Part shown: piece after piece, positions 46,300-56,662 of the stretch | Layout of the letters: each line of letters starts with the position of its first letter | Numbering within the stretch: the first letter of the stretch is position 1 | Assembly: GCA_934149275.1 (NCBI GenBank) | Contig: CAKPEG010000001.1 | Coordinates: 82,109 to 146,108, forward strand | Reading direction: 5' to 3' | From: an uncultured Clostridia bacterium | Lineage (GTDB): Bacteria > Bacillota > Clostridia > TANB77 > CAG-508 | Length of the DNA stretch: 64,000 nt | Program-made: the position numbers and the translations under genes | The notes under the pieces: model-generated | The model's input: only the letters and a program-made list of their open reading frames with translations | What the model was told of the DNA's origin: nothing | Databases searched by the model: none

Positions 46300-47652
46300 T
46301 TATTTCAATTTTAGTGTCGTCACACACTCCACATGCCCTGTAAAAGGAAACATATCAACTGGTGTAACTTCGCCAATTTCATATCTTTCACTCAAAATCT
46401 TCAAATCTCTTGCTAATGTAGCAGGATTACAACTTACATAAACAACCTTCTTAGGACTAACCTTCAAAATAGTATCAAGCGCAACCTTATCACAACCTTT
46501 TCTTGGCGGATCAATAAAAATCACATCAGCGTCAACTTTATTTTTTTCAATAAACTCAGGCAACGTCTTCTCAACATCGCCAACAAAAAACTCGGCATTT
46601 TCAATACCATTCTCTTTAGCATTTCTCTTTGCATCTTCAATTGCCTGTGATATAGTTTCAATTCCATACAATTTCTTTATTTTCTTTGAAGCACATATTC
46701 CTATTGTTCCAATTCCACAATATAAATCAAAAATTGTTTCATCTCCATTTAGCTTTGCTCCTTCAATTGCTGTTGCATACAATTTTTCAGTTTGAGTAGG
46801 ATTAACTTGATAAAATGACATTGGAGAAATTTTAAATTTAAATCCCAATAATTCATCATAAATATATCCATCACCAAATAACACGATATTTTTATTTCCT
46901 AATATCACATTTGTGTCTTTAGAATTAACATTTTTAACGATTGTCTTAACCTCACTATACTTTCCAGAAATAAATTCAATCAAATCCATTTCTTTCTCAA
47001 GTTTTTCTTCATTTGTAACAATTGTAACCATAACCTCATTCGTTTTAACGCCAACTCTCAAAACTAAATGACGAACTTGTCCTCTTCTCTTATTTTCGTC
47101 ATAAACAGGAATATTATTTTCAACAATAAAATTAAAAATATCATTCGCGATATCTTGTAAAAGTTCGTTTTGAATCATACATTTTTTAGTTTCAATAATT
47201 CTATGAGATCTTTGTGCAAAAACGCCCATAACTGGCTTGCCATCGCTATTTAATCCAACAGGATATTGCAATTTATTTCTATAAAAATATGGATTTTCCA
47301 TTCCAATAACATCATTAACTTTAGTATCAATTCCTTGTTTTCTCAAAGTATTCTCAACAACATTTCTCTTTATCTCTAAAGTTTTTTCATACTTAATATG
47401 TCTCATTACACATCCGCCACATTTTGAATATATTTCACAGTCCGCTTCAGCTCTCACCTCTGATTTTTCTATAACCTCTTCCACTTTTCCAAATCCATGT
47501 GATGAAAGCACTTTTAAAATCTTTACTTTAACTTTTTCACCTTTAATAGCATTAGGAACAAAAACCGTAAAACCATCAATTTTAGCAATTCCTTCACCTG
47601 CTACACCATTATCTATAATTTCAGCTTCATAAATTTCATTCTTTTTAATCAC
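46300..47652 (-). CDS. rlmD: 23S rRNA (uracil-C5)-methyltransferase RlmD/RumA family (TRAM domain + 4Fe-4S Cys + SAM-MTase)
   Basis: 450 aa. N-terminal TRAM fold. Cys cluster CEIYSKCGGC. SAM motif DLYCGIGTIG. Catalytic Cys in VYVSCNPATLARD. Confidence 0.8.
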   Translation of the reverse strand: MIKKNEIYEAEIIDNGVAGEGIAKIDGFTVFVPNAIKGEKVKVKILKVLSSHGFGKVEEVIEKSEVRAEADCEIYSKCGGCVMRHIKYEKTLEIKRNVVENTLRKQGIDTKVNDVIGMENPYFYRNKLQYPVGLNSDGKPVMGVFAQRSHRIIETKKCMIQNELLQDIANDIFNFIVENNIPVYDENKRRGQVRHLVLRVGVKTNEVMVTIVTNEEKLEKEMDLIEFISGKYSEVKTIVKNVNSKDTNVILGNKNIVLFGDGYIYDELLGFKFKISPMSFYQVNPTQTEKLYATAIEGAKLNGDETIFDLYCGIGTIGICASKKIKKLYGIETISQAIEDAKRNAKENGIENAEFFVGDVEKTLPEFIEKNKVDADVIFIDPPRKGCDKVALDTILKVSPKKVVYVSCNPATLARDLKILSERYEIGEVTPVDMFPFTGHVECVTTLKLK

Positions 47653-47861
47653 GACACTCTACTCCATCTCTTATTTTTACGTCACTATTTTATCAAATTT
47701 TTTACAAAATCACAACTTGTTTTGCTCAAAGTATTCAATAAAAACAAACTCCTTAAAAGATTAATAATATTGTAACACTTTAAAATTTGCATCTTATTCG
47801 TGTGGGAAATTTACAAAGCAAATAAGAGAAAGACCTAACTCCTTCCCTTATTCAAAACATT

Positions 47862-49340
47862 CTATAAAATAATACAAATCAATCCGCCACTACCCTCATT
47901 TACAATTCTTTGTAATGTCTCCTGTATCTTCATTTGAGCTTCTTCAGGCATTCTAGCTAATTTATTTTGCAATCCCTCATTAACCAAATCATGCACACTC
48001 TTTCCAAAAATATTAGAATCCCATATTTTCTTTTTATCCTCTTCAAACTCTGAAAGCAAATAATTTACAAGTTCCTCAGACTGCTTCTCACTACCCACTA
48101 TAGGCGAAATCTCAGTTTCAGTATTAATCCTTATCATATGTAAAGAAGGAGCTTTAGCTTTTAATTTAACACCAAATTTTGATCCCTGTCTTATAATTTC
48201 AGGCTCTTCCAAAATCAAATCATCAACAGTTGGATTAACAATTCCATATCCCTTTTCTCTCACTTCATGTAACGCATATTCAAGCTTATCATACTCTTTT
48301 TTAATTTTTGAAAATTCTGTAATCTTTGCAAACAATTTACCTTCATCTGTAATTTCTTCACCAGTAATTTCAGTAAGAACCTTATAAAACAATTCATCTT
48401 TAAGACTAATACTTAACTCAACATTTCCAGTTCCTAAATCTATTTTTGTAATCTCTGTTCTGGTAATTACCTGCGTAGATTGTAATTTAGCTACATCATC
48501 ACTAACTTCTTTTAATTTTTTAGTATTAGTAAAACAATCCTTAATTTCACTAAATAGCTCTGTTTTAATTTCATTTGTATCTTGCAATCCCTCAATCCAT
48601 CTTGGAAACTTAATATTTATTTGCTCAATTGGAAACTCAAACAATATTTTAGAAAAAATATCATTTATATTTTCTAAAGATAACTCTGTGCAATTTAAAG
48701 GAACAACCGCTGTATTATACTTATCTTCGAGCTCACAAGCAAGACGTTTATTTTCTTCACTAAATGGATCTTCTGCATTTAAAACAATAACAAAAGGCTT
48801 TTGCTTTGCAGTTAACTCTCTTGCAACTCTTTCTTCCGGTTCAACATAATCTTCTCTTGGAATTCCAGTAATAGAACCATCCGTTGTAACTAAAATAGCA
48901 ATGCTCGAATGTTCTTCAATAACTTTCTTTGTACCAATCTCAGCAGCTCTCTCAAAAGGAATTTCTTCTGCAGACCATGGTGTTTTAACCATTCTCGGCA
49001 TATCATCTTCCAAATAACCAATTGCATTATTAACTAAATAACCAACACAATCCACCATTCTTGTTTTCAATTTCAAATTATCTGCAATTGTAATTTCAAC
49101 CGCTTCATTAGGAATAAACTTTGGTTCTGTTGTCATAATAGTCTTACCAGCAGCACTTTGTGGCAATTCATCAATTGCACGCTCCCTTTTATACTCATTA
49201 TCAATGTTAGGCAACACTAATAACTCCATAAATTTTTTAATAAATGTTGATTTTCCAGTTCTTACAGGACCAACAACGCCAACATAAATATCGCCATCTG
49301 TTCTTTCAGCAATATCCTTATATATATCCAAATTTTCCAT
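47862..49340 (-). CDS. spoIVA: Stage IV sporulation protein A (spore coat morphogenetic ATPase)
   Basis: 492 aa. MENLDIYKDIAERTDGDIYVGVVGPVRTGKSTFIKKFMELLVLP is near-identical to the B. subtilis SpoIVA N-terminus (Walker A GPVRTGKS). Confidence 0.9.
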   Translation of the reverse strand: MENLDIYKDIAERTDGDIYVGVVGPVRTGKSTFIKKFMELLVLPNIDNEYKRERAIDELPQSAAGKTIMTTEPKFIPNEAVEITIADNLKLKTRMVDCVGYLVNNAIGYLEDDMPRMVKTPWSAEEIPFERAAEIGTKKVIEEHSSIAILVTTDGSITGIPREDYVEPEERVARELTAKQKPFVIVLNAEDPFSEENKRLACELEDKYNTAVVPLNCTELSLENINDIFSKILFEFPIEQINIKFPRWIEGLQDTNEIKTELFSEIKDCFTNTKKLKEVSDDVAKLQSTQVITRTEITKIDLGTGNVELSISLKDELFYKVLTEITGEEITDEGKLFAKITEFSKIKKEYDKLEYALHEVREKGYGIVNPTVDDLILEEPEIIRQGSKFGVKLKAKAPSLHMIRINTETEISPIVGSEKQSEELVNYLLSEFEEDKKKIWDSNIFGKSVHDLVNEGLQNKLARMPEEAQMKIQETLQRIVNEGSGGLICIIL

Positions 49341-49585
49341 AACACCCTCCTAAATTCCATTGGACTACTACTTTTAATTAATGTATATTTAGATTTTTAT
49401 AATTTATTCCAAAAACTTTTTAAACATTTTTATTCTCTCAAACTTCTTTAATTTAACAACAAATATTTTTCATTCGTCTCAAAATTCGTTAAAATCAAAT
49501 GCTTAAATACCAAGTGTATTATTTCCATAAATTTGCTAATACTATAAATAATTACCTTTAATAATACACATGAAGGAGAACAAAT

Positions 49586-51256
49586 ATGTCAAAAAATAAA
49601 TTTTTAAATGAATTATTTTCATTTGATCCATCAACACATTATGCATACAATTTATCCGAAACACAAATCTCTAATAATGAGCAAGAACATAAAATAACTC
49701 AAAAAGTATCAAAATATTTGCAAGAAAATTTGACCTATCTAACAGTAAAATATAATGCTTTAATAAACAGTGATATACTAATCAGAAAATTCACGTTAAA
49801 CGGCAAAGGAAAACAATATAACGCAGCTCTAATATATATAGACGGAATGGTAGACTCAGACATGGTAAATCATTACGTTTTAAATCCACTTATGCACAAA
49901 AATCAAACAAATACAGAAAAATCAACGGAAACATTAATCATAAATAAAAACACAGACTTAAACTTTCATACAACCCAAACACCAGAACTACAAAATATAA
50001 TATACAACTCCCTAATAAGCCAAAATTCAATAAAAACTGAAAATGAATTTTCAAATATAATCCCTGAAATTAATGCCGGATTTACATGCCTTTTAGTAGA
50101 CACATTAGACCAAGCCTTTTGCGTTGAAGCTAAAGGCTACAAAACAAGAAGCATAACCAAACCTGAAAACGAAGTAGTAGTGCGTGGTTCACAAGAAGCA
50201 TTCGTTGAAAATATCCGTACAAACACATCAATGATTCGTAGAATTATAAACAACGAAAATCTAGTAATCGAGCAACTCTCACTCGGAAAAGTAACCAAAA
50301 CAGCTGTCTCATTCTGCTACATGAAGAACATCGCAAACGAAGACTTAGTAAACGAAGTTCGTTTCAGACTTTGTAATATAGACATAGATTCAATTATAAA
50401 TTCAGGTACCGTAGAACAATTAATTCAAGACAGCTCCAGCATCCTCTTCCCTCAGACATTTGCCACAGAACGATGTGACAGAGCATGTAATAATATCTTA
50501 GAAGGAAGAGTTGTAATTTTAGTAAACGGAAACCCTTATGCCTTAATAGTTCCAGCAATATTAATAGACTTCATTACATCACCAGAAGACATCAACTTAA
50601 GACATCAATACGGGAATTTAATACGTGTCATCCGTTCCATAGCCTTCTTCGTAGCAATGTTTATGCCAGCATTATATGTAGCAGTAACAAATTTTCATCA
50701 AGAACTTCTCCCAACTGACTTAGTTTTTGCAATATCAGCAATGAGGCGTTCAATTCCATTTCCGGTAATAGTCGAGCTTTTAATAATGGAAATCTCATTC
50801 GAATTAATAAGAGAAGCTAGCTTAAGAGTTCCAGCGCCAATAGGCTCAACCATAGGAATTATCGGTGGTTTAATCCTAGGTGAAGCAGCCGTATCAGCTA
50901 ATTTAGTAACTCCCCTATTAATTATAATAGTTGCCGTCACAGGTATTTGCTCATATGCAATTCCTGATTTTTCATTAAACTTTACAATCAGAACATTTCG
51001 ATTTATGTATATAATTTTAGGATATATTGCAGGTTTTTTAGGAATTAGTTTTGGAATGTTCATACAACTAATTCTATTATCAAATTTACAATCATTTGGT
51101 GTGTCATATTTCTCACCATATCTGCCACCCACAAACAAAAACACAGACTCATCATTCTTTATAAAACCTATTTGGAAAAAAGAAAACAGAAGCTCATTCT
51201 TAAATACAAAACGTCCTATTCAAGAAGATAAAGTAAGTATGAAATGGAAATACTAA
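49586..51256 (+). CDS. Spore germinant receptor subunit A (GerA family)
   Basis: 556 aa. GerA-family core (IYIDGMVD...), C-terminal multi-TM region. GAAGGAG RBS. First gene of the A-B-C tricistron. Confidence 0.85.
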   Translation: MSKNKFLNELFSFDPSTHYAYNLSETQISNNEQEHKITQKVSKYLQENLTYLTVKYNALINSDILIRKFTLNGKGKQYNAALIYIDGMVDSDMVNHYVLNPLMHKNQTNTEKSTETLIINKNTDLNFHTTQTPELQNIIYNSLISQNSIKTENEFSNIIPEINAGFTCLLVDTLDQAFCVEAKGYKTRSITKPENEVVVRGSQEAFVENIRTNTSMIRRIINNENLVIEQLSLGKVTKTAVSFCYMKNIANEDLVNEVRFRLCNIDIDSIINSGTVEQLIQDSSSILFPQTFATERCDRACNNILEGRVVILVNGNPYALIVPAILIDFITSPEDINLRHQYGNLIRVIRSIAFFVAMFMPALYVAVTNFHQELLPTDLVFAISAMRRSIPFPVIVELLIMEISFELIREASLRVPAPIGSTIGIIGGLILGEAAVSANLVTPLLIIIVAVTGICSYAIPDFSLNFTIRTFRFMYIILGYIAGFLGISFGMFIQLILLSNLQSFGVSYFSPYLPPTNKNTDSSFFIKPIWKKENRSSFLNTKRPIQEDKVSMKWKY

Positions 51257-51268
51257 GGAGGAAATTTT

Positions 51269-52345
51269 ATGAATCTAAAAATAGGAAAACTTGAAGCCAT
51301 ATTTCTAGTTTTAATAGTAATGATAAATAAAATACTTTTAAACATTCCTAAAGAAATTATCAAGCAATCAAAAACTGGAAGCCCAGCCAACATCATATTT
51401 ACGACTATTCTAACATTAATAATAACACTTATAATTTGCAAACTATTTCAAAAATTTCCTAACGAAGATATAATTGACATATCACAATATGTTGGCAAAA
51501 AACCTCTTCAAATAATTTTAGGAACACTTTTATTAATATTATTCACAATAATAATAACATCCGTAATTTATGAATTTACAACACTCTTACAAATTATCTA
51601 CTTTCCAAACACACCTCTCCCTCTTATACTATTAATTTTCCTTGGATGTATGGGAGTCGCAAATAAAACAGGCTTCAAATCAATTATAAAAGCAAACAGC
51701 GTAATAATTCCAATAATATTGCTAAGTCTAATTGTTATCTTTGCAGGGATACTAAAGAACTTAAATTTTAACAGATTATACCCTATACTAGGTCAAAACG
51801 TAAAAACAACATTTTTAGAAGGAAGTCAAAATATATTTGCATATGGAGGTCTTCTATATTTATTTTTTATAGTACCATTTTTAAAAAATAAAAATGACTT
51901 TAAAAAAGTAGCATTAATTTCAATGTTAGTTTCAGGCCTTTTCCTACTTTTTACCGTAATAATCCTACTCTCAACATTTCCTTTTATTATAAATAGTGAA
52001 GAAATAATGTCTATGTATTTATTAACTCGTTGTATCGAACTTGGAAAATTTCTGCAAAGAACAGACGCAATTTTCATATTCCTTTGGATAATTTCAGCAT
52101 TCTCATATTTAAGCATTTCTTTAATGTTCATGAGTAACATATTTGGGAAGCTAACAGAATGTAAAGAATCTAGAAATTTCTCATACTCCTTCTTAGGAAT
52201 ATTCTTTGCAATAATTACCCTACTTCAAAATCAAACATTTTTTAAACTACTCTCTACAACTGTTTACAAATACTCAATATTAAGCATTTTACTATTATGT
52301 TTTATTATTTTAATCATTGGAAATATAAAAAGAAAGGAAATCTAG
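51269..52345 (+). CDS. Spore germinant receptor subunit B (GerAB/Spore_permease, APC-superfamily membrane protein)
   Basis: 358 aa, about 10 TM helices. AGGAGG RBS overlapping the end of the A-subunit gene. Confidence 0.8.
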   Translation: MNLKIGKLEAIFLVLIVMINKILLNIPKEIIKQSKTGSPANIIFTTILTLIITLIICKLFQKFPNEDIIDISQYVGKKPLQIILGTLLLILFTIIITSVIYEFTTLLQIIYFPNTPLPLILLIFLGCMGVANKTGFKSIIKANSVIIPIILLSLIVIFAGILKNLNFNRLYPILGQNVKTTFLEGSQNIFAYGGLLYLFFIVPFLKNKNDFKKVALISMLVSGLFLLFTVIILLSTFPFIINSEEIMSMYLLTRCIELGKFLQRTDAIFIFLWIISAFSYLSISLMFMSNIFGKLTECKESRNFSYSFLGIFFAIITLLQNQTFFKLLSTTVYKYSILSILLLCFIILIIGNIKRKEI

Positions 52346-52348
52346 CAT

Positions 52349-53479
52349 ATGAAGAAAAAAATACTCATATTTGCACTTATTTTAGTTGTTTGCATAACAT
52401 TTTCAAGTTCATATGATGTAAGAGGAACAGAAGAATTATCATATGTAATTGCAATTGGAATTGACAAATCAGATTCTGAAAATGAACCACTATCCCTAAC
52501 CGTACAAATTGCCAAATCCGATTCATCAGAATCTGGTGGTACTAAAATAAAAACTGATATAAAAACAGTAAAATGTAATTCTTTTAATATCGGAATAGCC
52601 ATGCTAAATCTTGAAAATGTAAATCAAATAAACCTATCTCATTGCACAGCATTAGTAATATCCGAAGAAGTTGCAAGAGAAGGATTAGGAAACATTATAA
52701 ACACAACTTCGAACAATATAGAAATCAGACCAACCTGCAACATTTTAGTCTGCCAAGACAAAGCCAAAAGCTTTTTAGAAACAGCTTCAAAAGTTGAAGA
52801 TATCTCTTCAAAATTTTACACATCATTTATAGAATCAATAAAAATAACATCATACACCACACCATGTACTTTATCACATTTTTACTCATCAACGCATCAT
52901 GATATCTCTTCTCCTTTGGCATTATATTGTTTTGAAAAAGATGATAACATCGAAACACTTGGCTTAGCTATTTTTGACAAATATAAAATGATTGGTAGAA
53001 CTTCTGGAGTAGAAACAGTTTGTTATAATCTACTAACAAATAATTTTGAAGAATCAACTATTGAAGTATATAACTATCAAAACCCAGACATACCTTTAAG
53101 TATTAATCTAAGTTCACCACAAAAAACAAAAATTAAAGTAAAACTCGAAGATGGCAAACCTAAAATTACATGCAATATAAGTGTAAACTCTAAAATTCTA
53201 TCTGCAAATGAAAACTATGATTTCTCATCAGAAGAAGCTAGGCAAAAAATTGAAGCAGAAATTAATAAATTCTTAGAAGACTCTTGTACAGCCTTTCTAT
53301 GCAAAACAGCTCAAGAATACGGAGTCGACGTTATTGGATTTGAAGGTTATTTCAATAAAAACTTCTTAACACAAAATCAGATAGATAAATACAATTGGAA
53401 AGAACTCTACAAAAACGCAACATTTGAAATAACATCAACTAACCACTTATTATCTGGATTCTTGTTTTCTAAAACTTAA
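52349..53479 (+). CDS. Spore germinant receptor subunit C (Ger(x)C lipoprotein)
   Basis: 376 aa. Lipoprotein signal with lipobox LVVC. Ger(x)C family pattern (YVIAIGIDK...). Confidence 0.8.
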   Translation: MKKKILIFALILVVCITFSSSYDVRGTEELSYVIAIGIDKSDSENEPLSLTVQIAKSDSSESGGTKIKTDIKTVKCNSFNIGIAMLNLENVNQINLSHCTALVISEEVAREGLGNIINTTSNNIEIRPTCNILVCQDKAKSFLETASKVEDISSKFYTSFIESIKITSYTTPCTLSHFYSSTHHDISSPLALYCFEKDDNIETLGLAIFDKYKMIGRTSGVETVCYNLLTNNFEESTIEVYNYQNPDIPLSINLSSPQKTKIKVKLEDGKPKITCNISVNSKILSANENYDFSSEEARQKIEAEINKFLEDSCTAFLCKTAQEYGVDVIGFEGYFNKNFLTQNQIDKYNWKELYKNATFEITSTNHLLSGFLFSKT

Positions 53480-53497
53480 TCGATAGGAGATTTTTAA

Positions 53498-53728
53498 ATG
53501 AAACTTGTAATAATTCTATTTGCAATTTATGCATTTCTTGAATCATCATCATATGCTATATATGAGTACCCAAAAAATAAAATCCGGAGCCGTAAGTATT
53601 ATTATACTTGCAAGCTTCGGACTTGTACTCCCTATATTCAGTATATTATTATAAATCGAATGCTTCTGGTAATAATTGATCAAGAGTATAACAATCAGTT
53701 TTACCTTCATAATATGTATATATTTTAA
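53498..53728 (+). CDS. Possible small membrane protein encoded after the C-subunit gene (candidate receptor D-type subunit); doubtful
   Basis: 76-aa ORF with an AGGAG RBS 9 nt upstream and hydrophobic N-terminus MKLVIILFAIYAFL. Its last about 80 nt overlap the convergent cdd gene, which argues against it. Confidence 0.2.
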   Translation: MKLVIILFAIYAFLESSSYAIYEYPKNKIRSRKYYYTCKLRTCTPYIQYIIINRMLLVIIDQEYNNQFYLHNMYIF

Positions 53729-54035
53729 AATCCTTGTCAACAAATTGAGACATAAATTGTCTGCAGTAACCACAAGGTAAACACTTATCTAAATGTTGTG
53801 CTCTTGTACTACCTCCAACAACAATTATGTAATCAAAATCTAAATCACCTTCTGATATAGCCTTAGAAAAAGCTACACGTTCAGCACAAATAGATTGGAT
53901 TCCTTGATTATTAATATTACATCCTGTGTATTCCTTGCCACTTTTCATCTTTAGAAGTGCTCCTACCTTGAAACTCTTGCAATATGCTCTTTCACGAGCT
54001 TCTAAGGCTTTTTTTATTTCTTCTTCCATAAACAT
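53649..54035 (-). CDS. cdd: Cytidine deaminase
   Basis: 128 aa. Zinc ligands in CAERVA and PCGYCRQ. Confidence 0.85.
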   Translation of the reverse strand: MFMEEEIKKALEARERAYCKSFKVGALLKMKSGKEYTGCNINNQGIQSICAERVAFSKAISEGDLDFDYIIVVGGSTRAQHLDKCLPCGYCRQFMSQFVDKDFKIYTYYEGKTDCYTLDQLLPEAFDL

Positions 54036-54041
54036 CCTCCT

Positions 54042-55373
54042 CTATTTTTCATACTCTTTCAACAAATCTATAATAATCTTTGTTTTTGCCTCCCAAGTAT
54101 TTTTTAGAGCCTCCTTCTTTTCTATCTCTCTATAGATATTATACTCTTCTTTTCTATTTTTTTCCATAGAAATTGCATTTTCAATTAAATTTACAAATTC
54201 ATTTTTATCTTTAGCAATCATAACAGATTCATATTTTCTACATTCTCTCATATCAGTTGTGACAATAGGCTTTCCAAGAGCCATGTATTCGAATAATTTT
54301 AAAGGCGATGTTGCTTGAGTAATATCATTTATTAAAAACGGAATTGTGCACACATCAAATTTACTAGCATATGTTGGTAACAAAGTATAGTCCTTTGGAC
54401 CTAAAAAATATATATTTTTATATTCAGACAATTGAGCTGCATCAAAACTTCCATCATATTTAATTCCTATAAGTACAATATTATAATCTGGTTTGGCAGT
54501 AGCTAAGAATTTTATCATATCATAATCAAACCAACTGGCCATCGCACCATAATACCCAATTATTGGTTTTTCTTGACTTACTACATTTGAAAATACTTTA
54601 TCTTGCTTTATTAATTCATCATCAATTTCATTAATAAAGTGATTATAATCAACACCATTATTAGAAAATGCTAATTTTTCATTTCCCCTTTTCTTTAATA
54701 CATCTTGTTCTAATTCATCAGCAGTTACAACAACAAAAATATCTTCTTTATTTTCTAACATAAATTCATATTTTTCCTTCATATTAACCGGAATCTCTTT
54801 TGTTCCAATTAAAACAGGACTCAAATCGTCAATATATTCATATATAATTTTGTAACCATTATTAATATAATCTTTTAACACCGATACGCTTAAAGTACAA
54901 TCTGTAGAATAAAATTGAACATATTTAGGTTTATCAATTTTATTAATTTCTTTTAATAATAATTTTCTCATAGCACGGTTATTAAAATTCACTAAATATA
55001 AATTATCATTAATTTTTTTATACGTTCCAACCTTATCTGTAACTGTCGTTATTTCATAAAAAACTAACGATTTATTAAATGATAAATTTCTAGCTATATG
55101 TTGTGGTCTTTGAAATAATGGTACATTCCACCCAAATGAACTTCTCCAAATAATTATTCTATCATAATCCTTATTTAAAATTTCATCAATATTCTTTTTA
55201 ATATTAACTTGATTCATAAAAACATAAATATAACTAAACAAATTAATTTTTGAAATATAGTGTGCTTTTACATATAAAAATATTTTTTTTAGAGCATTTC
55301 TCAATCCATCTTTTTTTATTACGGTAATAACTTTATTAACTCTATACCCAATTGCGTTTCTAACCTTTTCCAA
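54042..55373 (-). CDS. Glycosyltransferase, family 1 (GT4-type C-terminal domain)
   Basis: 443 aa. C-terminal ...SPLKLFEYMALGKPIVTT (E..G...EAmA.G.P motif). Confidence 0.55.
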   Translation of the reverse strand: MEKVRNAIGYRVNKVITVIKKDGLRNALKKIFLYVKAHYISKINLFSYIYVFMNQVNIKKNIDEILNKDYDRIIIWRSSFGWNVPLFQRPQHIARNLSFNKSLVFYEITTVTDKVGTYKKINDNLYLVNFNNRAMRKLLLKEINKIDKPKYVQFYSTDCTLSVSVLKDYINNGYKIIYEYIDDLSPVLIGTKEIPVNMKEKYEFMLENKEDIFVVVTADELEQDVLKKRGNEKLAFSNNGVDYNHFINEIDDELIKQDKVFSNVVSQEKPIIGYYGAMASWFDYDMIKFLATAKPDYNIVLIGIKYDGSFDAAQLSEYKNIYFLGPKDYTLLPTYASKFDVCTIPFLINDITQATSPLKLFEYMALGKPIVTTDMRECRKYESVMIAKDKNEFVNLIENAISMEKNRKEEYNIYREIEKKEALKNTWEAKTKIIIDLLKEYEK

Positions 55374-55383
55374 AATTCTTCTC

Positions 55384-56649
55384 CTATTTTAAAGTTTTTG
55401 CTAATTCTTTTGCTTGAATCATACAATCCTCCATTGAACAATACGTCCAAGCGCCATATCTTCCAATAGTATATACTCCTTCATTTTTCCACTCTTTTTG
55501 CAATTTTCTAATTTTATTATCCGTTTTTTCATTAATATGAACATACGCAGGATTCATAACTATTGAAACATATTCCTCTAATTTTGTATCATTATCAATT
55601 ATGCCGTTTTTCAATAAATTTTCTAATGTCATTTTCAATTGTTCATCAATATCTATTTTCTCATCTTTATCAAAACCAATTTCAATATACATACTTAATT
55701 TATTTGAATCAAGTATATTATCATAAAAACCTATACGATAATAATTAACATTTTTATCTGGAATATACATCCAATGTTCATTTATATATTTAGATTTTTT
55801 ATTAAATCCTAAATTAAAAACAAGCACCTTATTATAAGATAATTTATTTTGTAATTCTTTTATTTTTTCATCATTTATTAAACTCATAAAAATATTCAAA
55901 GGAGCTGTATTAATTAAATACTCATATTTGTATTCCTGTCCGTCTTGAGTTTTAGCAATCTTATTATTCAAATCTATTGATACAATATGTGTATTTAATT
56001 TTATTTTACTCTTATCCAATTTATTATATAAAATATTTATAAAAGAACCAGCACCATTTCTAGGATATAAAAATTTATTATTATATGATACTTCATCTTT
56101 ATTTTTTTTCATATTATCAATAATTTGTTTTTTATCCGCATAAGGAAAAAATCTTCCCATAGCATCTTTATCAAGTTTATGTAAATCACATGCATACAAT
56201 TTTTCATTATATGGTTTCAAAAATTTTTCAACAATTGACTTTCCAAATTTTCCATATAACATATCTAAAAAATTATCATAATCATCTTTTTCTTCTTTGT
56301 TAAATAAATCATATAAACAATCAATAAATTCTTGTTTTTCCAGCTGATGTATATTAGTCTGAAAAGGATAATCCACCAATTGATTTTTATATAGTATTTT
56401 TGTACACTTATCTTTTCTTATAATATCTTCTGAATTTACCTCATCCAAAAAAATCTTTTTAAACTCATCTGTTTTAAAGTGAAAAAAATGTCCAGCATAA
56501 TCCCAAATAAAATCACCTTTTCTAATTGTTCTACAATACCCACCTACTTCAGATTCCTTTTCTAAAATCATATAATCATTTTTTATATAATTAGCAAACG
56601 TTAATCCTGAAATACCTGCTCCTATAATTAAATATTTAATATTTTCCAT
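55384..56649 (-). CDS. FAD-dependent UDP-galactopyranose mutase-like (Glf family) protein
   Basis: 421 aa. Rossmann YLIIGAGISGL. VGGYCRT...AGHFFHFKT resembles Glf GGNAYT...GAHIFHT. C-terminal GRYGAWTYCSMEDCMIQA resembles GRLAEYKYYDMHQVISAA. Confidence 0.55.
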   Translation of the reverse strand: MENIKYLIIGAGISGLTFANYIKNDYMILEKESEVGGYCRTIRKGDFIWDYAGHFFHFKTDEFKKIFLDEVNSEDIIRKDKCTKILYKNQLVDYPFQTNIHQLEKQEFIDCLYDLFNKEEKDDYDNFLDMLYGKFGKSIVEKFLKPYNEKLYACDLHKLDKDAMGRFFPYADKKQIIDNMKKNKDEVSYNNKFLYPRNGAGSFINILYNKLDKSKIKLNTHIVSIDLNNKIAKTQDGQEYKYEYLINTAPLNIFMSLINDEKIKELQNKLSYNKVLVFNLGFNKKSKYINEHWMYIPDKNVNYYRIGFYDNILDSNKLSMYIEIGFDKDEKIDIDEQLKMTLENLLKNGIIDNDTKLEEYVSIVMNPAYVHINEKTDNKIRKLQKEWKNEGVYTIGRYGAWTYCSMEDCMIQAKELAKTLK

Positions 56650-56662
56650 ATTTCACCTCATA

